Shown in pieces: positions 26,017 through 36,324 of a DNA stretch of 37,502 nt. Origin of the DNA: a virus (Duplodnaviria > Heunggongvirae > Uroviricota > Caudoviricetes); IMG/VR virus record IMGVR_UViG_3300001487_000052, positions 1 to 37,502 of that record. One strand, 5' to 3'. Each line of letters opens with the position of its first letter. Position 1 is the first letter of the stretch. The notes below the pieces were generated by a model. The model was not told where the DNA came from. It made no database searches and saw only the letters and a list, made by a program, of their open reading frames with translations. A program made the translations under genes and the position numbers.

Positions 26017-27276
26017 ATGAGCCTATTAACAGAAAGATTATTAAATGCACAATACCATAACCACGAAGAAGATTGTTGTTGTGGTGAAGAATGTTGCTGT
26101 CATGATCACGAAGAAAAAGAAATTGAACAGCAGCTTAGTGAGGAAGAAATAGAGAAGATAATTGAGGAGAAGTATAGTGAAAAGGATGAGAAGACGAAGG
26201 AGTTTATAAGAAAAGGCCTAAGAAAGTTTGGAGATAGATTTGATTATAGTAAGTCAATATATACTGGTTATTCAGGAGAGGCTATACTTATTTGTTTAAA
26301 ACACAGCTGTGAGTTCAGTAGGAAAGCCTCTCAATTGGTTCGTCCAAATTATTTAATGAATCCTTGTCCGGAGTGTGCTCATGAAGTTAGACACAAAATA
26401 ATGATACGACGAAACAAGGAGGGTATACCTAGAACTAATAGAACACTAGAATCTTTCCTAGTAGAATTAAAAGAACTAGGCTTAGAAGAAATATATGATC
26501 TATCCCACATAACTGACTATAAAAATGCCATTACTCCGGTTAAGATTATAAATAAGAGCTGTGGTCATGATTTTTATATATCTCCAAATAAATTGCTAGA
26601 AGGATATATAGATTGCCCTATCTGTGCTCATAAAAGGGGATCTAAGTCTAGGGGTATGGGCTTTGAGAGATTTAAAGAAAAAGCCATCTTAAAACACGGA
26701 CCTGATAGATATTTTTATGATTACGAAGAGAATAAGGATTTACTTAACAATCGACAGAAAGTAAAAATAAAATGTAATAAATGCGGACATGTTTTTTGGC
26801 AAGAAGTTTCTTCTCACTTATCTGGAAAGGGCTGCCCTAAGTGTTGTTTCTCAAAGGGGGAAGAAATAGTGGATGCTTATCTTAAGGAAAAAGAAATATT
26901 AATATTAGATAAAACCCCGATCTATGATGTTTCTTCAGTTAGAACATATATTATTCCTGACTTTAGAATTATGTTAGATAACCAAGAGATTTGGATAGAG
27001 TATAATGGGATTCAACATTATAAAGTATCTCTTAATTTTGGAGATAAAAAATCCTCCGCTCAAACTTTTCTTAGTCAGTATACTAGAGATAATGATGAAA
27101 GAGATTACTGTAGTAGAAATGGTATTATTCTAATTGAAATTCCATATACAATAAGTAAGAGGGAAGATATTTATGACTTCTTGGACAAAGTACTGTTCGA
27201 AAAAATAGATCAAAATAGTTTAGTAGACTATAAATCATTGTTTGTATTCCCAAAGGATGAAAACAATAGTACATAA
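26017..27276 (+). mobile_element. Free-standing homing endonuclease-like gene (DUF723-type Zn-finger repeats plus PD-(D/E)xK nuclease)
   Basis: Three repeats of the type EFI.K...FGDRFDYS...C..H....CPEC / CPIC / HLSGKGCPKC; C-terminal IPDF..IWIEYNGIQHY. Confidence 0.75.
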
Positions 27277-27299
27277 GAGTTAGAGGATTTATTGTCCTC

Positions 27300-28607
27300 G
27301 TGATTAACCTTAAAATGAATAATAATAGAATGAAATGTTTGTTAAAAATCTTGAATCTTAATGCTCCAGCATCAGACGGGTCCACAGTTCCTTATGATGT
27401 TTTGCAGTCATATATAGATTCAGAAGAATGTAAGAAAGCGTTGCGCGATAAAACGATGGTATCTTCTTTTACTCATCGTTGTCGAAATATTCAGTCCGTA
27501 TTTCCTGATAAGCCTGCACTTTTAAAGACTGTAGGCCGTGACGACGTATTTGGCATAGTAGATGAAGAGGCACCTACAATAACCCACTATATCACTAAAC
27601 TTGAAATCAAATCAGATGGATGGTTATATGGAGTTTGCGAAATTTTAGAGGAGGATGGATTAGATGATGTATCAATTCAAAACCTCCGGAGACTAAAGGG
27701 GTTGATTAAAAATGGAATAAAGATCGGTTGCTCGTGCATTATCTTGGGGAATTGGAAAACGCAGGGTAAGGGAACCGATACTCTAGTAAAACTTGTCCAA
27801 TTTAAGGGTGTTGACTTTACATTTAACGCGAGCTGGAAAAATGCCTGCTTAGTTGAAGCTTGGGAAGAGGATGAAGACGGAGAAAGAATTAAAACTTACT
27901 CTGAGAATACAGAAGATGTAGATAATAATAAACTTAAAGTAAAAACATTCTCTGATCTTTCTGGATTTGATTATAGTGGTCCCAAATCTTCTAAAATTAA
28001 TGGACAGTATACAATTCTTAAAGCTAAACAATTTTCTAGCATTGGAACCATAGAAACAGTTGAAGGTGATATTCCTGAAGTAAAGGAAACAGAGAAGACC
28101 TTTACTCAGCCTGAAACTAAAGAAGAAACACCAGAACAGAAAAACTTTACTGTAGCTGGTATTCGTGATCAGCTTAGAGAAAGAAAACTTGGCGTACGAT
28201 TAATGTTTAGACGAATGATTCTCTCATACAAACAAGTAGTTAAGTCTATGGGATCTAATATGAAACCAGAAGATGAGGCTATTTTGAAAAGTATGTTGAG
28301 TAGTGATGTTCTTTATGTTCTTAATAAAATTTCTGATGATGTTATTACTAAGAACAAACAAATCAACACCCTACTTGGAGCTAGTAGCATCTCAAAGAAC
28401 CTTCGTCTCGCTAGCCAGGAGTTACAGATGGTTTATAGAATGGCAGGTATTGAAGCCAGAAAGCAAGGATTTGTCTCGAAAATTAGATATCAACGTCTTT
28501 CTACTGCCTATAGTAAGTTTGTAGGTGCAGTGTTGGATGAGGTCTTTAAGAACACTGATAATATGCCTAAAGAAGAAGACGATAAAATAGAGGAGGAGGG
28601 AAAGTAA
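27300..28607 (+). CDS. Prohead (capsid maturation) protease with C-terminal extension
   Basis: ASDG, FTH, ITHYITKL, IGCSCIILG and GVDF correspond to T4 gp21/herpes-type serine protease blocks; position between portal and scaffold. The start may be an internal Met. Confidence 0.7.
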   Translation: MINLKMNNNRMKCLLKILNLNAPASDGSTVPYDVLQSYIDSEECKKALRDKTMVSSFTHRCRNIQSVFPDKPALLKTVGRDDVFGIVDEEAPTITHYITKLEIKSDGWLYGVCEILEEDGLDDVSIQNLRRLKGLIKNGIKIGCSCIILGNWKTQGKGTDTLVKLVQFKGVDFTFNASWKNACLVEAWEEDEDGERIKTYSENTEDVDNNKLKVKTFSDLSGFDYSGPKSSKINGQYTILKAKQFSSIGTIETVEGDIPEVKETEKTFTQPETKEETPEQKNFTVAGIRDQLRERKLGVRLMFRRMILSYKQVVKSMGSNMKPEDEAILKSMLSSDVLYVLNKISDDVITKNKQINTLLGASSISKNLRLASQELQMVYRMAGIEARKQGFVSKIRYQRLSTAYSKFVGAVLDEVFKNTDNMPKEEDDKIEEEGK

Positions 28608-29381
28608 ATGGAAAGACGTAAATTATTTTCTGATAATGTTCCTCCTAAGCCAAGACGTAAACTTTTTAGTGAGGAGCCAAAGGTAGTAAAAGAGAGTCAT
28701 TTTGATAATGATAGAGTACTTTGTTCTGATTGTGGACATTGTTTAAGTCCGGAAGAACTTAGTATTGGATATTGTAGATGCTGTGGTGCTGATGTTGATA
28801 CCAGACAAAAGAGGATTTCGTTATTTGAGGAAGATTTTCAAAAGGAATTTAGTAATACTTCTGACCCCCTCGAGATGAAACTTAGAGAGTTTTCTGGTAA
28901 AGAGATTAGCAAGGATCTATATGAAAAAGAATTTAGTGAAAACGAGAGAACTAATCTGGAAGAAAGAGGTTTTTCGACAATTCAGGAAGATGGTGGAGTT
29001 AAGATTTCTAATTCTGCCTTTACTGAATCTAGACTTTTTTCGACATTGGTAGTTTCGGTTACTAAAAAATATGAACTTATTCCAGAGATTATGAATGGTG
29101 GAGACAAGGCTGAGTATATAGATAAGCTGGAAGATATCTCACCAAAAGGAATTGCTATCCTTAAAAAACACTATGGTATAGAGAATGCTGATAATTGGAT
29201 AGAGGATTCTGGTATTATTCATGATCTTGGTATTGAATTTGGTGGATCTAGGATGACTGTTCCTGAATTCACAGAAAAGATTGAAGAACGTTATCCAGAT
29301 GCCCCCAGTGATATCGTAGAAAGATTAAAGAGTCTTGGTATTATTGAAGAGATGGGTGATAACAATATAGAAATAAAATAA
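28608..29381 (+). CDS. Head-module protein with CxxC..CxCC zinc-ribbon-like segment and many (K/R)xFS motifs
   Basis: RRKLFSD, RRKLFSE, KEFSN, REFSG, KEFSE, RGFST, RLFST. Confidence 0.65.
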   Translation: MERRKLFSDNVPPKPRRKLFSEEPKVVKESHFDNDRVLCSDCGHCLSPEELSIGYCRCCGADVDTRQKRISLFEEDFQKEFSNTSDPLEMKLREFSGKEISKDLYEKEFSENERTNLEERGFSTIQEDGGVKISNSAFTESRLFSTLVVSVTKKYELIPEIMNGGDKAEYIDKLEDISPKGIAILKKHYGIENADNWIEDSGIIHDLGIEFGGSRMTVPEFTEKIEERYPDAPSDIVERLKSLGIIEEMGDNNIEIK

Positions 29382-29407
29382 ACTTAATAAAAAGAAAGTA
29401 GATTAGT

Positions 29408-31624
29408 ATGGAAAATACAAGATTAATGTCCAGACTTTTTAGCGCTGTTAATGATGGTGATGAGGAACTTCTGAACCAAGTTGCTAATGACATTGAGACT
29501 GCTAAGAAGGATGGAAGTGTTGAGACCGATGAGCTCACTTATGTAGATTTGGGTGAAAATAAAGTCCTGATTACAGACAACGAAAATCAAGAGAGTACTA
29601 TTGCTGAAAGAGCTGAGGATGGAAACTATGATCTTTATCCAGCTGGAGTAGAAAATCCTACTGAACAGCCTGAAGGATTCCTCCACCCGGAAGGGGATGG
29701 TGTGACTCCTGGTGATCAAGAGGGTGCTCCAGATGAGAAAGTTGAAGATCACAATCCTGATGAGACTCCTGCTGCTACGGTTGAGGAGAACGCTGAAGGT
29801 TGCGCAGAGGATGAAACTTGCCCTGTATGCGGCGAGAAACATCCTTGTGAGTGCGAACAAAAGGCTGAAGAAAAGAAAGAGGGAGAGAAGAAATATAGCG
29901 AAAACGTTAATACAGTTATTGCACGTATTTTTTCAGACCAAGAATTCTGTGAGCGTCTCTTTAGCGAAGTAATCGAAAGTGAAGAAACTGCAAAAGTTGG
30001 CGACCTCAAGATAGAGAAGCTGCCGGAAGAGAAAAATGCAGTCGTTGTAACCGATGAAAATAGCGGAGACCAGGCCAAAGTAATTCTCGAAGCTAACGAA
30101 ATGGAAGTTCAGGAGATGGATGCTAAGAACTTTAGCGAGGAAGGTGAAGAGACTGCTAACGAAGAGGAATTCATGCCTCTCCATATCGTTGGCGTGCTTC
30201 CCCTAGAGCATAACTTGATTGATAGCACTGCCTATTCTCAGGAAGAGGCTAATGAACTTGTTGCCAGACTTCAAGAAATTGGTGTAGACGGTATTCAGGT
30301 CTTTGAAGATGAAGAAGCCGCTCGTGATTATGCCATTTCGCTGCTACAGGGTCTTGGTGCTGAAAGTTATGAAGAGCCCGAACAAGTTGAGTTCTCGGAG
30401 CATGATGTTTTCGTAACTGCCTATAATAGTGGTAATACTTATTTCATGGACAAGCTCTTTAGTGAGTCCTGCAATGAAATTGATGCCACTCAGACTGCTA
30501 TTGAAAACGTAATTTCCAAGGGTGAGGAAACTGAGACTGACACTGAAATTCTTACCCCGGTCGATAACGATACAGTTATTGTTGAAGATAAAGAAAACGG
30601 CCAGCTGACTAAGGTTGTTGTTGAGGATGATACTCTTGACTGCACTCCTATTTCTGAGGAAGAGGCTGAGGAACTTAAGACTTATTCTTGCAGCACTCAG
30701 TACATGCTTAGACTTTTCTCTGAGGAAGCCGACAGTGGAGACATTGAAAAGGCTATTGAGAATGATGAGCAGGTAGAGACTGACACTGAGATTATTACTC
30801 CGGTCAATGACAATATGGCTGTTATCGAAGACAAGGAAAACAATGAATACACTAAGGCAACTCTAACTGAAGAGGACATTGAAGTTGTTCCTATTAGTGA
30901 AGATGAGGCTGCTGAACTTACTGGTGAAAAGACCTACTCGAATGCCGCTGAAACCAAGTTCTTCAGTGCTAAGGAGGAAATGACTGACTATATGTGCCGT
31001 CTGTTCTCTGAGGAAGCTGACGAAAAGGAAATTGAAAAGGCTATCGAAGATGGTGAAACCGTTGAAACTGAAAAGGAAACCATTACTCCTATTGATGCTG
31101 AAACTGCCATTGTTGAAGACAAAGAAAACAATGAATACACTAAGGCTACTATGAATGAGGAGGAAATTGAGGTTGTTCCTATCAGTGAAGAGGACGCCAA
31201 GAAACTCATGAACATGGAAGAGGAAAAGAAAGAGGAGGAAGAAAAACCCGCCGAAGAGGAAGAGAAGAAAGAGAATGATGAAAAGAATTTCTCTGACAAT
31301 GTAATGGATAAATTCTTCGCTACCATTGCTGCTGGTGAGAATGCCCCTGAAATCGTTGAGGCCGTTTATGATGAGAACGGTAATCTTGTTCCTGTTAACA
31401 AAGAGGAAGAAGGTGTTCCTAGTGTAGAGGCTATTGAAGATGCTGCTTTGGCTGCTGTCCAGGCCATCAACAATGCTGCTACCGAGTCTGTAAACGCTGT
31501 TATGGAGGCTAAGAATACTCCCGCAGAAAATGAACAGGCTGAACTTCAAGAGGCTCAGTTTAGTGAAAAGAGCTTCTCTGAAACAAATAATGATACATTG
31601 ATCTCCTGGTTAAACAATAAATAA
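29408..31624 (+). CDS. Scaffold / prohead core protein
   Basis: 738 aa, extremely Glu-rich, internally repeated, directly upstream of the major capsid gene. Confidence 0.7.
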   Translation: MENTRLMSRLFSAVNDGDEELLNQVANDIETAKKDGSVETDELTYVDLGENKVLITDNENQESTIAERAEDGNYDLYPAGVENPTEQPEGFLHPEGDGVTPGDQEGAPDEKVEDHNPDETPAATVEENAEGCAEDETCPVCGEKHPCECEQKAEEKKEGEKKYSENVNTVIARIFSDQEFCERLFSEVIESEETAKVGDLKIEKLPEEKNAVVVTDENSGDQAKVILEANEMEVQEMDAKNFSEEGEETANEEEFMPLHIVGVLPLEHNLIDSTAYSQEEANELVARLQEIGVDGIQVFEDEEAARDYAISLLQGLGAESYEEPEQVEFSEHDVFVTAYNSGNTYFMDKLFSESCNEIDATQTAIENVISKGEETETDTEILTPVDNDTVIVEDKENGQLTKVVVEDDTLDCTPISEEEAEELKTYSCSTQYMLRLFSEEADSGDIEKAIENDEQVETDTEIITPVNDNMAVIEDKENNEYTKATLTEEDIEVVPISEDEAAELTGEKTYSNAAETKFFSAKEEMTDYMCRLFSEEADEKEIEKAIEDGETVETEKETITPIDAETAIVEDKENNEYTKATMNEEEIEVVPISEEDAKKLMNMEEEKKEEEEKPAEEEEKKENDEKNFSDNVMDKFFATIAAGENAPEIVEAVYDENGNLVPVNKEEEGVPSVEAIEDAALAAVQAINNAATESVNAVMEAKNTPAENEQAELQEAQFSEKSFSETNNDTLISWLNNK

Positions 31625-31670
31625 ATAATAAACCCAGGAAAAATAAACCTATAAAAAGAAAGTAAATTAT

Positions 31671-33131
31671 ATGACTAATTATCAATCCTACATGCAGAGC
31701 GAGAAAATGATGGACGCTCTTATGAACAGCTCGGTATCTCTTGATGATGCCAGAATTCGTGCTAATGAGTACGCTAAGATGTTTTCGAGAAATGAAGCTG
31801 ACTTCGGCTTCAATAATGGTGCCAACCTGCTTCAGAAGACCTTCTCGGGTTATGCTGAGACTCCTCTTCTGAGCACCCAGTACTTCAACGCTTCGGTCGC
31901 TTCCTATGTCAGCTCGTTTGCTGGCTTTATGTCGATTGAGCGCGACTTTGATCAGCCCAATGGTCTGTTCTACTGGTTCGACGTTCTCGGTGTTACTGAT
32001 ATGAGAAGCGTCATCCCGAACCTCGGTCCTGATAACTACCAGGATATCAACAGCATGGGTGGCTTTGAAGCTAATGTTACTGTCGTTGCTACTCAGAAAG
32101 CTTACAGTGCCCTTGTTGGCCGTAAGATCATCCCTGGTACTGTTCGCGTTAAAATTGTTCCCGCCGCTGCTGACAAGCGCGCCGCTTTTGAGCTCGTTGA
32201 TGACGGTCAGGGTAACCTCATGGCCAAGGCTGGTCTGATTGACGACGGTACTATCAATTACCTGAATGGTAAGGTTGAGTTCACCCTCGCCTCCGCTCTC
32301 GCCACTGCTACTGGTGCTACTATCGCCATCGTTGGTAAGGAAGATGTCACTGGTACTCCTTGCAACACTACTGGTGCTAGCAATGCCCATGCTAATGACA
32401 AGAGATTTGTTGCTAAGATGCAGCAGCTTGGTCTCCAGACTGTTCCTGACATGCTGGTTGCTGAGTACAATATCGCCGCTCTCGGTGCTATGAAGAAAGC
32501 TACTGGTGCTGACATGGCTTCGTTCCTGTTCACCAAACTTCGTGAGCTTTACACCAAGATGATTAACTACAAACTCGTTAATACTCTTCAGACTGGTTAC
32601 ACTGGAATTACTATGGATGAACTCGATATGAGTTATCTACAGTCTCAAAGTGGTGATAAGTTTACCTTCACAGACTATCGTTCGAGAGTTGACCTCTTTG
32701 ACGCTTATCTCGTTAACGTAGAAACTGCTCTCGCTCAGAAGGCTGTCAAGGGTGTCACCACCACCGCTTATGTTGCTGGTACTAATGCTGCCTCGCAATT
32801 CCAGAAGGGTGGAATTATTGGTAAGTTTAAGAGAAATGACAAGATGACTTACATCTCCGATCTTCTTGGTTGGTATGATGGTGTCCCCGTTCTCCGTAGC
32901 ACCGACGTTACCGAGGCTGAGGGTGAGGGTACCTTCTTCGCTCTCCACAAGACCGCTGATGGTCAGATGGCTCCTCTGGCTCGTGGTATCTATATGCCTT
33001 TGACCGATACTCCGACCATTGGTAACTACAACAACCCCACTCAGATGGCTTCTGGTATTTACTATCAGGAAGGTACTAAGTATCTTGCTCCTGAGCTCGT
33101 CCAGAAGGTCACCTTTAAGGTTGGTCTCTAA
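31671..33131 (+). CDS. Major capsid protein (T4 gp23-like HK97 fold)
   Basis: 486 aa. Order of blocks: AGFMSIERDFDQPNGLFYWF, LVAEYNIAAL..MKKATG, ELYTKMIN, YVAGTNAA, APLARGIYMPL. Strongly biased codon use; terminator follows. Confidence 0.85.
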   Translation: MTNYQSYMQSEKMMDALMNSSVSLDDARIRANEYAKMFSRNEADFGFNNGANLLQKTFSGYAETPLLSTQYFNASVASYVSSFAGFMSIERDFDQPNGLFYWFDVLGVTDMRSVIPNLGPDNYQDINSMGGFEANVTVVATQKAYSALVGRKIIPGTVRVKIVPAAADKRAAFELVDDGQGNLMAKAGLIDDGTINYLNGKVEFTLASALATATGATIAIVGKEDVTGTPCNTTGASNAHANDKRFVAKMQQLGLQTVPDMLVAEYNIAALGAMKKATGADMASFLFTKLRELYTKMINYKLVNTLQTGYTGITMDELDMSYLQSQSGDKFTFTDYRSRVDLFDAYLVNVETALAQKAVKGVTTTAYVAGTNAASQFQKGGIIGKFKRNDKMTYISDLLGWYDGVPVLRSTDVTEAEGEGTFFALHKTADGQMAPLARGIYMPLTDTPTIGNYNNPTQMASGIYYQEGTKYLAPELVQKVTFKVGL

Positions 33132-33147
33132 TCGTTAGTATAATTAT

Positions 33148-33186
33148 AAAACCCCTATTGCAATTAAAACCTGTAGTAGGGGTTTT
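33148..33186 (+). terminator. Intrinsic terminator after the capsid gene
   Basis: AAAACCCCTATTGCA / TGTAGTAGGGGTTTT stem followed by ATTT. Confidence 0.75.
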
Positions 33187-33205
33187 ATTTAATCTATTAC
33201 AAAAA

Positions 33206-33862
33206 ATGAGCAAAACAACTTTCACATTAAAGAGAAAATTATTTGCTGGTCCTGGTTTTATAGGTAGTATGTTTGGGGCTAAGAATTTTCAGAACATTGG
33301 AAGAATGGCAGCTGTAAATAAAGCTAAGCCAGGTACTTTTGGTGCTGGTAAATTTGTAGGTAATGCTCTCGCTGGTACTGCCAAAGCTGCTGGTTCTACT
33401 GCTCTTGTTGCTGGAGGTCTTGCTGTAGGTACTGGAGCTTTAGCCAAGAAAGGTATAGAAAAGGCTGGGGAACAGAGTGATGGAAGTAAATTGTTTTCTC
33501 AGACTAAAAAGGATAATATGGCAACTACTTATAGATTGAAGAGAAAGATATTCGCCGACTTTAAAAACATGTCTACGGAGAAGCTTGAAAAGATAGCTGC
33601 TCAAGGTGCTGGTGCTGGAAATACTATAGTTGCTGGAGCTAAACAGGAATTATCTAGTCGTACTCCTGCTCTCGCTACTCCTAAACCTAATCCTACCCCC
33701 AAACCTAATCCAAATGCTACTAAGCCGGGGATGATGAGTGTTATGAGAACTAAGTGGAATGGTATGAGTCGTATGGGAAAAGCTGGTGTTATAGGTGCTG
33801 GTGTTGTGGGTGCTGGTCTCATGGCTAAAGGTTTATTCGGAGGTAAAAAGAAAGATCAATAA
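33206..33862 (+). CDS. Two-module Gly/Ala/Lys-rich putative internal head protein
   Basis: Start reassigned to ATG 33206, since track start 33158 lies inside the terminator. Modules begin TFTLKRKLFA and MATTYRLKRKIFA. Confidence 0.7.
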   Translation: MSKTTFTLKRKLFAGPGFIGSMFGAKNFQNIGRMAAVNKAKPGTFGAGKFVGNALAGTAKAAGSTALVAGGLAVGTGALAKKGIEKAGEQSDGSKLFSQTKKDNMATTYRLKRKIFADFKNMSTEKLEKIAAQGAGAGNTIVAGAKQELSSRTPALATPKPNPTPKPNPNATKPGMMSVMRTKWNGMSRMGKAGVIGAGVVGAGLMAKGLFGGKKKDQ

Positions 33863-33864
33863 AG

Positions 33865-34938
33865 ATGAACGAAATAATATATCAAGGACTTAGATTAGTT
33901 TCGACCTGTAGATATTATAAAGTAGTAGAAGGGGATACTATCTCTCTGGTTGAAGATACAAAACTCTCTACTATAACTTTGACTTATACACCCGGAAGTA
34001 CGAGTTGGTCTGTGTCTGAGTTTCTTGGTATAGAGAAAGTCGGTAAAGATCAAGTACTAGAACCAACAAATCAGGGTGTAAGGTTTTCTAAGGTATATGT
34101 TTCTCTTAATGGATTGAGACTAGAAAAACTTGCCCACGGTTCTTACACCCTTAATATAATCATAGTGGGGGATAGTGAATCTAGAGTTATACAAGACTCA
34201 GTTCACACTACTATAGTTGTATCTCAGGATGATGCAAAGAATCAAGAATTTATAAACTATCTTTTCTATTCTGGTAATCTCTTATATCTACGACCTTCCG
34301 GACCAAGACCTAAGGAGTGGTGTATAAAGAATTTCCCGAAGATAATAGTAAAAGATAAAAGTTTAGACCTTGAATCTTCTTCTGATACTGTTTATGTGTT
34401 AAGAAGGAGATATGATGATTATGTGATTAGGGCTATAGACTATCAAAATCAATTTATCCTAGAGCTTCGTCGTATATTGGGTGACTATGGAATAGAGCTA
34501 GTACGATGGAATAAAGAGGCAACATTGAAAAAAACATCTTACATAGTCTATCAATTCAATCAGACGCCCTCAAGATTTACTCACCCAAAATATATAGACG
34601 AGGAAGATCATATAATGTCCCACCGTGTTCCTATAGAATTCACCTTAAGAACTCCGGATATGGTTATGTTTTTTGATTTTAAGAACAAGTACAATAACCT
34701 GGATATCTTAACTAATTTCTGTGAATTTAAGACCACTGATAAATACGGAGAGAGGTGGACGGCTGCTGTAAAATGGCAACAAATAACGGAGGACTTTAAT
34801 CATATATATCAACAAGACGATAACTCTAATTTCTCATATCAATGTCAATTCCGGTGTGAGCTTTATTTTTATGAAGTTCTTGATGGCAGGTATGAGTTTT
34901 TGAATGAAATAATAACCGAACTAGAACACAATGATTGA
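33865..34938 (+). CDS. Hypothetical virion protein (head-completion/neck or tail-terminator-like possible)
   Basis: 357 aa, beta-rich, located after the capsid gene; function inferred from position only. Confidence 0.45.
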   Translation: MNEIIYQGLRLVSTCRYYKVVEGDTISLVEDTKLSTITLTYTPGSTSWSVSEFLGIEKVGKDQVLEPTNQGVRFSKVYVSLNGLRLEKLAHGSYTLNIIIVGDSESRVIQDSVHTTIVVSQDDAKNQEFINYLFYSGNLLYLRPSGPRPKEWCIKNFPKIIVKDKSLDLESSSDTVYVLRRRYDDYVIRAIDYQNQFILELRRILGDYGIELVRWNKEATLKKTSYIVYQFNQTPSRFTHPKYIDEEDHIMSHRVPIEFTLRTPDMVMFFDFKNKYNNLDILTNFCEFKTTDKYGERWTAAVKWQQITEDFNHIYQQDDNSNFSYQCQFRCELYFYEVLDGRYEFLNEIITELEHND

Positions 34939-35299
34939 ATTTAGAAAAAAGTCCCTTATCCAAGATCTCATGTCAGAAGCTGTAGAGTACCTGAAGAAGG
35001 AGAAGGTGAGGTTTAATACAATCACCGAAGACCAGGCGGATCAGGTTTCTAGAGTTAATTCTAAAGCTATGGTTCTCAGGTCGTTTATTAGAAATGAGAA
35101 TGGCATGTATCAGATTAGTGTACAGGATAAGGAACTATATAAATACACACAGAAACTCATTAGGGATATATTTCAAATGAGGATCACAGACATAGATACC
35201 AAGAACAGAATTATAACCGCCGAAAGACCCGAGAAAGGAATTGTTCTTGATATTATAGAAATCTTAGGAATAAAATATAACCTTTCAGTAGTATTATGA
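34931..35299 (+). CDS. Hypothetical head-module protein
   Basis: 122 aa, starts MIEFRKK. Confidence 0.7.
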   Translation: MIEFRKKSLIQDLMSEAVEYLKKEKVRFNTITEDQADQVSRVNSKAMVLRSFIRNENGMYQISVQDKELYKYTQKLIRDIFQMRITDIDTKNRIITAERPEKGIVLDIIEILGIKYNLSVVL

Positions 35300-35841
35300 T
35301 AACATTCAGACAAAAAAATTTCTCGGAGTATGATGCTATGAGAAGTCTTTATGTTGAGTTAATGAAGTATTCCGACAAAAGAATGTTCAGTGTTATAGAC
35401 TCAGCACAACTTTTACCAATTCTGAAAGGTAATAACGTTGTAATAGAAAGATTTGTCATCAGTACATCTTTTGGGCACCATGATAAATATAGAATGTATA
35501 TAAAGATTGGTGCAAAAGCTAAACTCCCAGATGAGGTTAGATTACCCAGCCATGTATATGATAAAAGGCTGATAAACATTGGAATAAAGTTTGGAAGAAA
35601 GATATTCTCAAAGAAAGGTGGAAAGCCTGGAGGTGGAGATGGTGGAGATGGACTAAGTGTAGGTGCTAATCTCCCCATAGATATCTCGATTCCTGTAAAA
35701 GAATTATTAGGAGAGGCGTTAAAGTATGATAAGCCGGGAAGATCGTTAGTCCTGGAATTCAACACAATACAAGACGCTATTCATGCCATTAATATTCTTC
35801 CTTTTGGCATAAACTATAAAATCTATTTATTAGACGTATGA
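35296..35841 (+). CDS. Hypothetical head-module protein
   Basis: 181 aa; MITFRQKNFS and internal RKIFS followed by a Gly linker. Confidence 0.7.
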   Translation: MITFRQKNFSEYDAMRSLYVELMKYSDKRMFSVIDSAQLLPILKGNNVVIERFVISTSFGHHDKYRMYIKIGAKAKLPDEVRLPSHVYDKRLINIGIKFGRKIFSKKGGKPGGGDGGDGLSVGANLPIDISIPVKELLGEALKYDKPGRSLVLEFNTIQDAIHAINILPFGINYKIYLLDV

Positions 35842-36044
35842 TTATTAAACGATTCTCAAAGACTCTCAACACTAATTCTCCGGGTTTTATCAAGGGTAGA
35901 AAATATGACCAAGACTTTAATAGACTAGGAAGATTAGAGACCCAGAGACAGATAGGTGGGAATAATGAATTAGGACAAGAAATGAGAAAGCTTGGGAAGG
36001 AATTAAATGATGGGAGATTAGGAAAATGGCAAAGTACAGATTAA
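35838..36044 (+). CDS. Small head-module protein
   Basis: 68 aa, starts MIIKRFS. Confidence 0.65.
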   Translation: MIIKRFSKTLNTNSPGFIKGRKYDQDFNRLGRLETQRQIGGNNELGQEMRKLGKELNDGRLGKWQSTD

Positions 36045-36322
36045 AAAGAAAAACCTTTGGCGTTATAGAAGCTGCTGGAAATACACTAGGAAATACAGCA
36101 GGGGGTCTTATGAAGGGAGTTGGTTCTGCCGCTGACTCAAAGATAGGACGTTTTGCTGGTGGTGTTATTGGAGCAGGAACTATAGGAAAAACTTTAGGTA
36201 TGATGACTGGTATGCCTCTTCTTGGTACTGTAGGTGGTTATATAGCTGGTAAAGCTATCACCGGAGGAGTAGGAAAGGGTCTTAAAGATGCCGGTCAGAG
36301 CTTACAAGATAGGAGCGTGTAA
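36026..36322 (+). CDS. Gly/Ala-rich putative internal head protein
   Basis: MAKYRLKRKTFG followed by GxxxG-rich helices. Confidence 0.7.
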   Translation: MAKYRLKRKTFGVIEAAGNTLGNTAGGLMKGVGSAADSKIGRFAGGVIGAGTIGKTLGMMTGMPLLGTVGGYIAGKAITGGVGKGLKDAGQSLQDRSV

Positions 36323-36324
36323 TT

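Noticed and set aside
25852-27330. Homing endonuclease housed in an intron or intein
   Set aside because: No P7/P3 core in the flanks, no interrupted host frame and no intein terminal residues; it appears free-standing.
30863-32948. Long antisense ORFs (228, 276, 112, 103 aa) over the scaffold and capsid genes
   Set aside because: Shadow frames produced by strong codon bias of the plus-strand genes; no promoter motif and no recognisable protein features.
33158-33205. N-terminal 16 codons of the track ORF 33158..33862
   Set aside because: They lie inside the capsid-gene terminator. ATG 33206 has an A-rich leader and the family-typical start.
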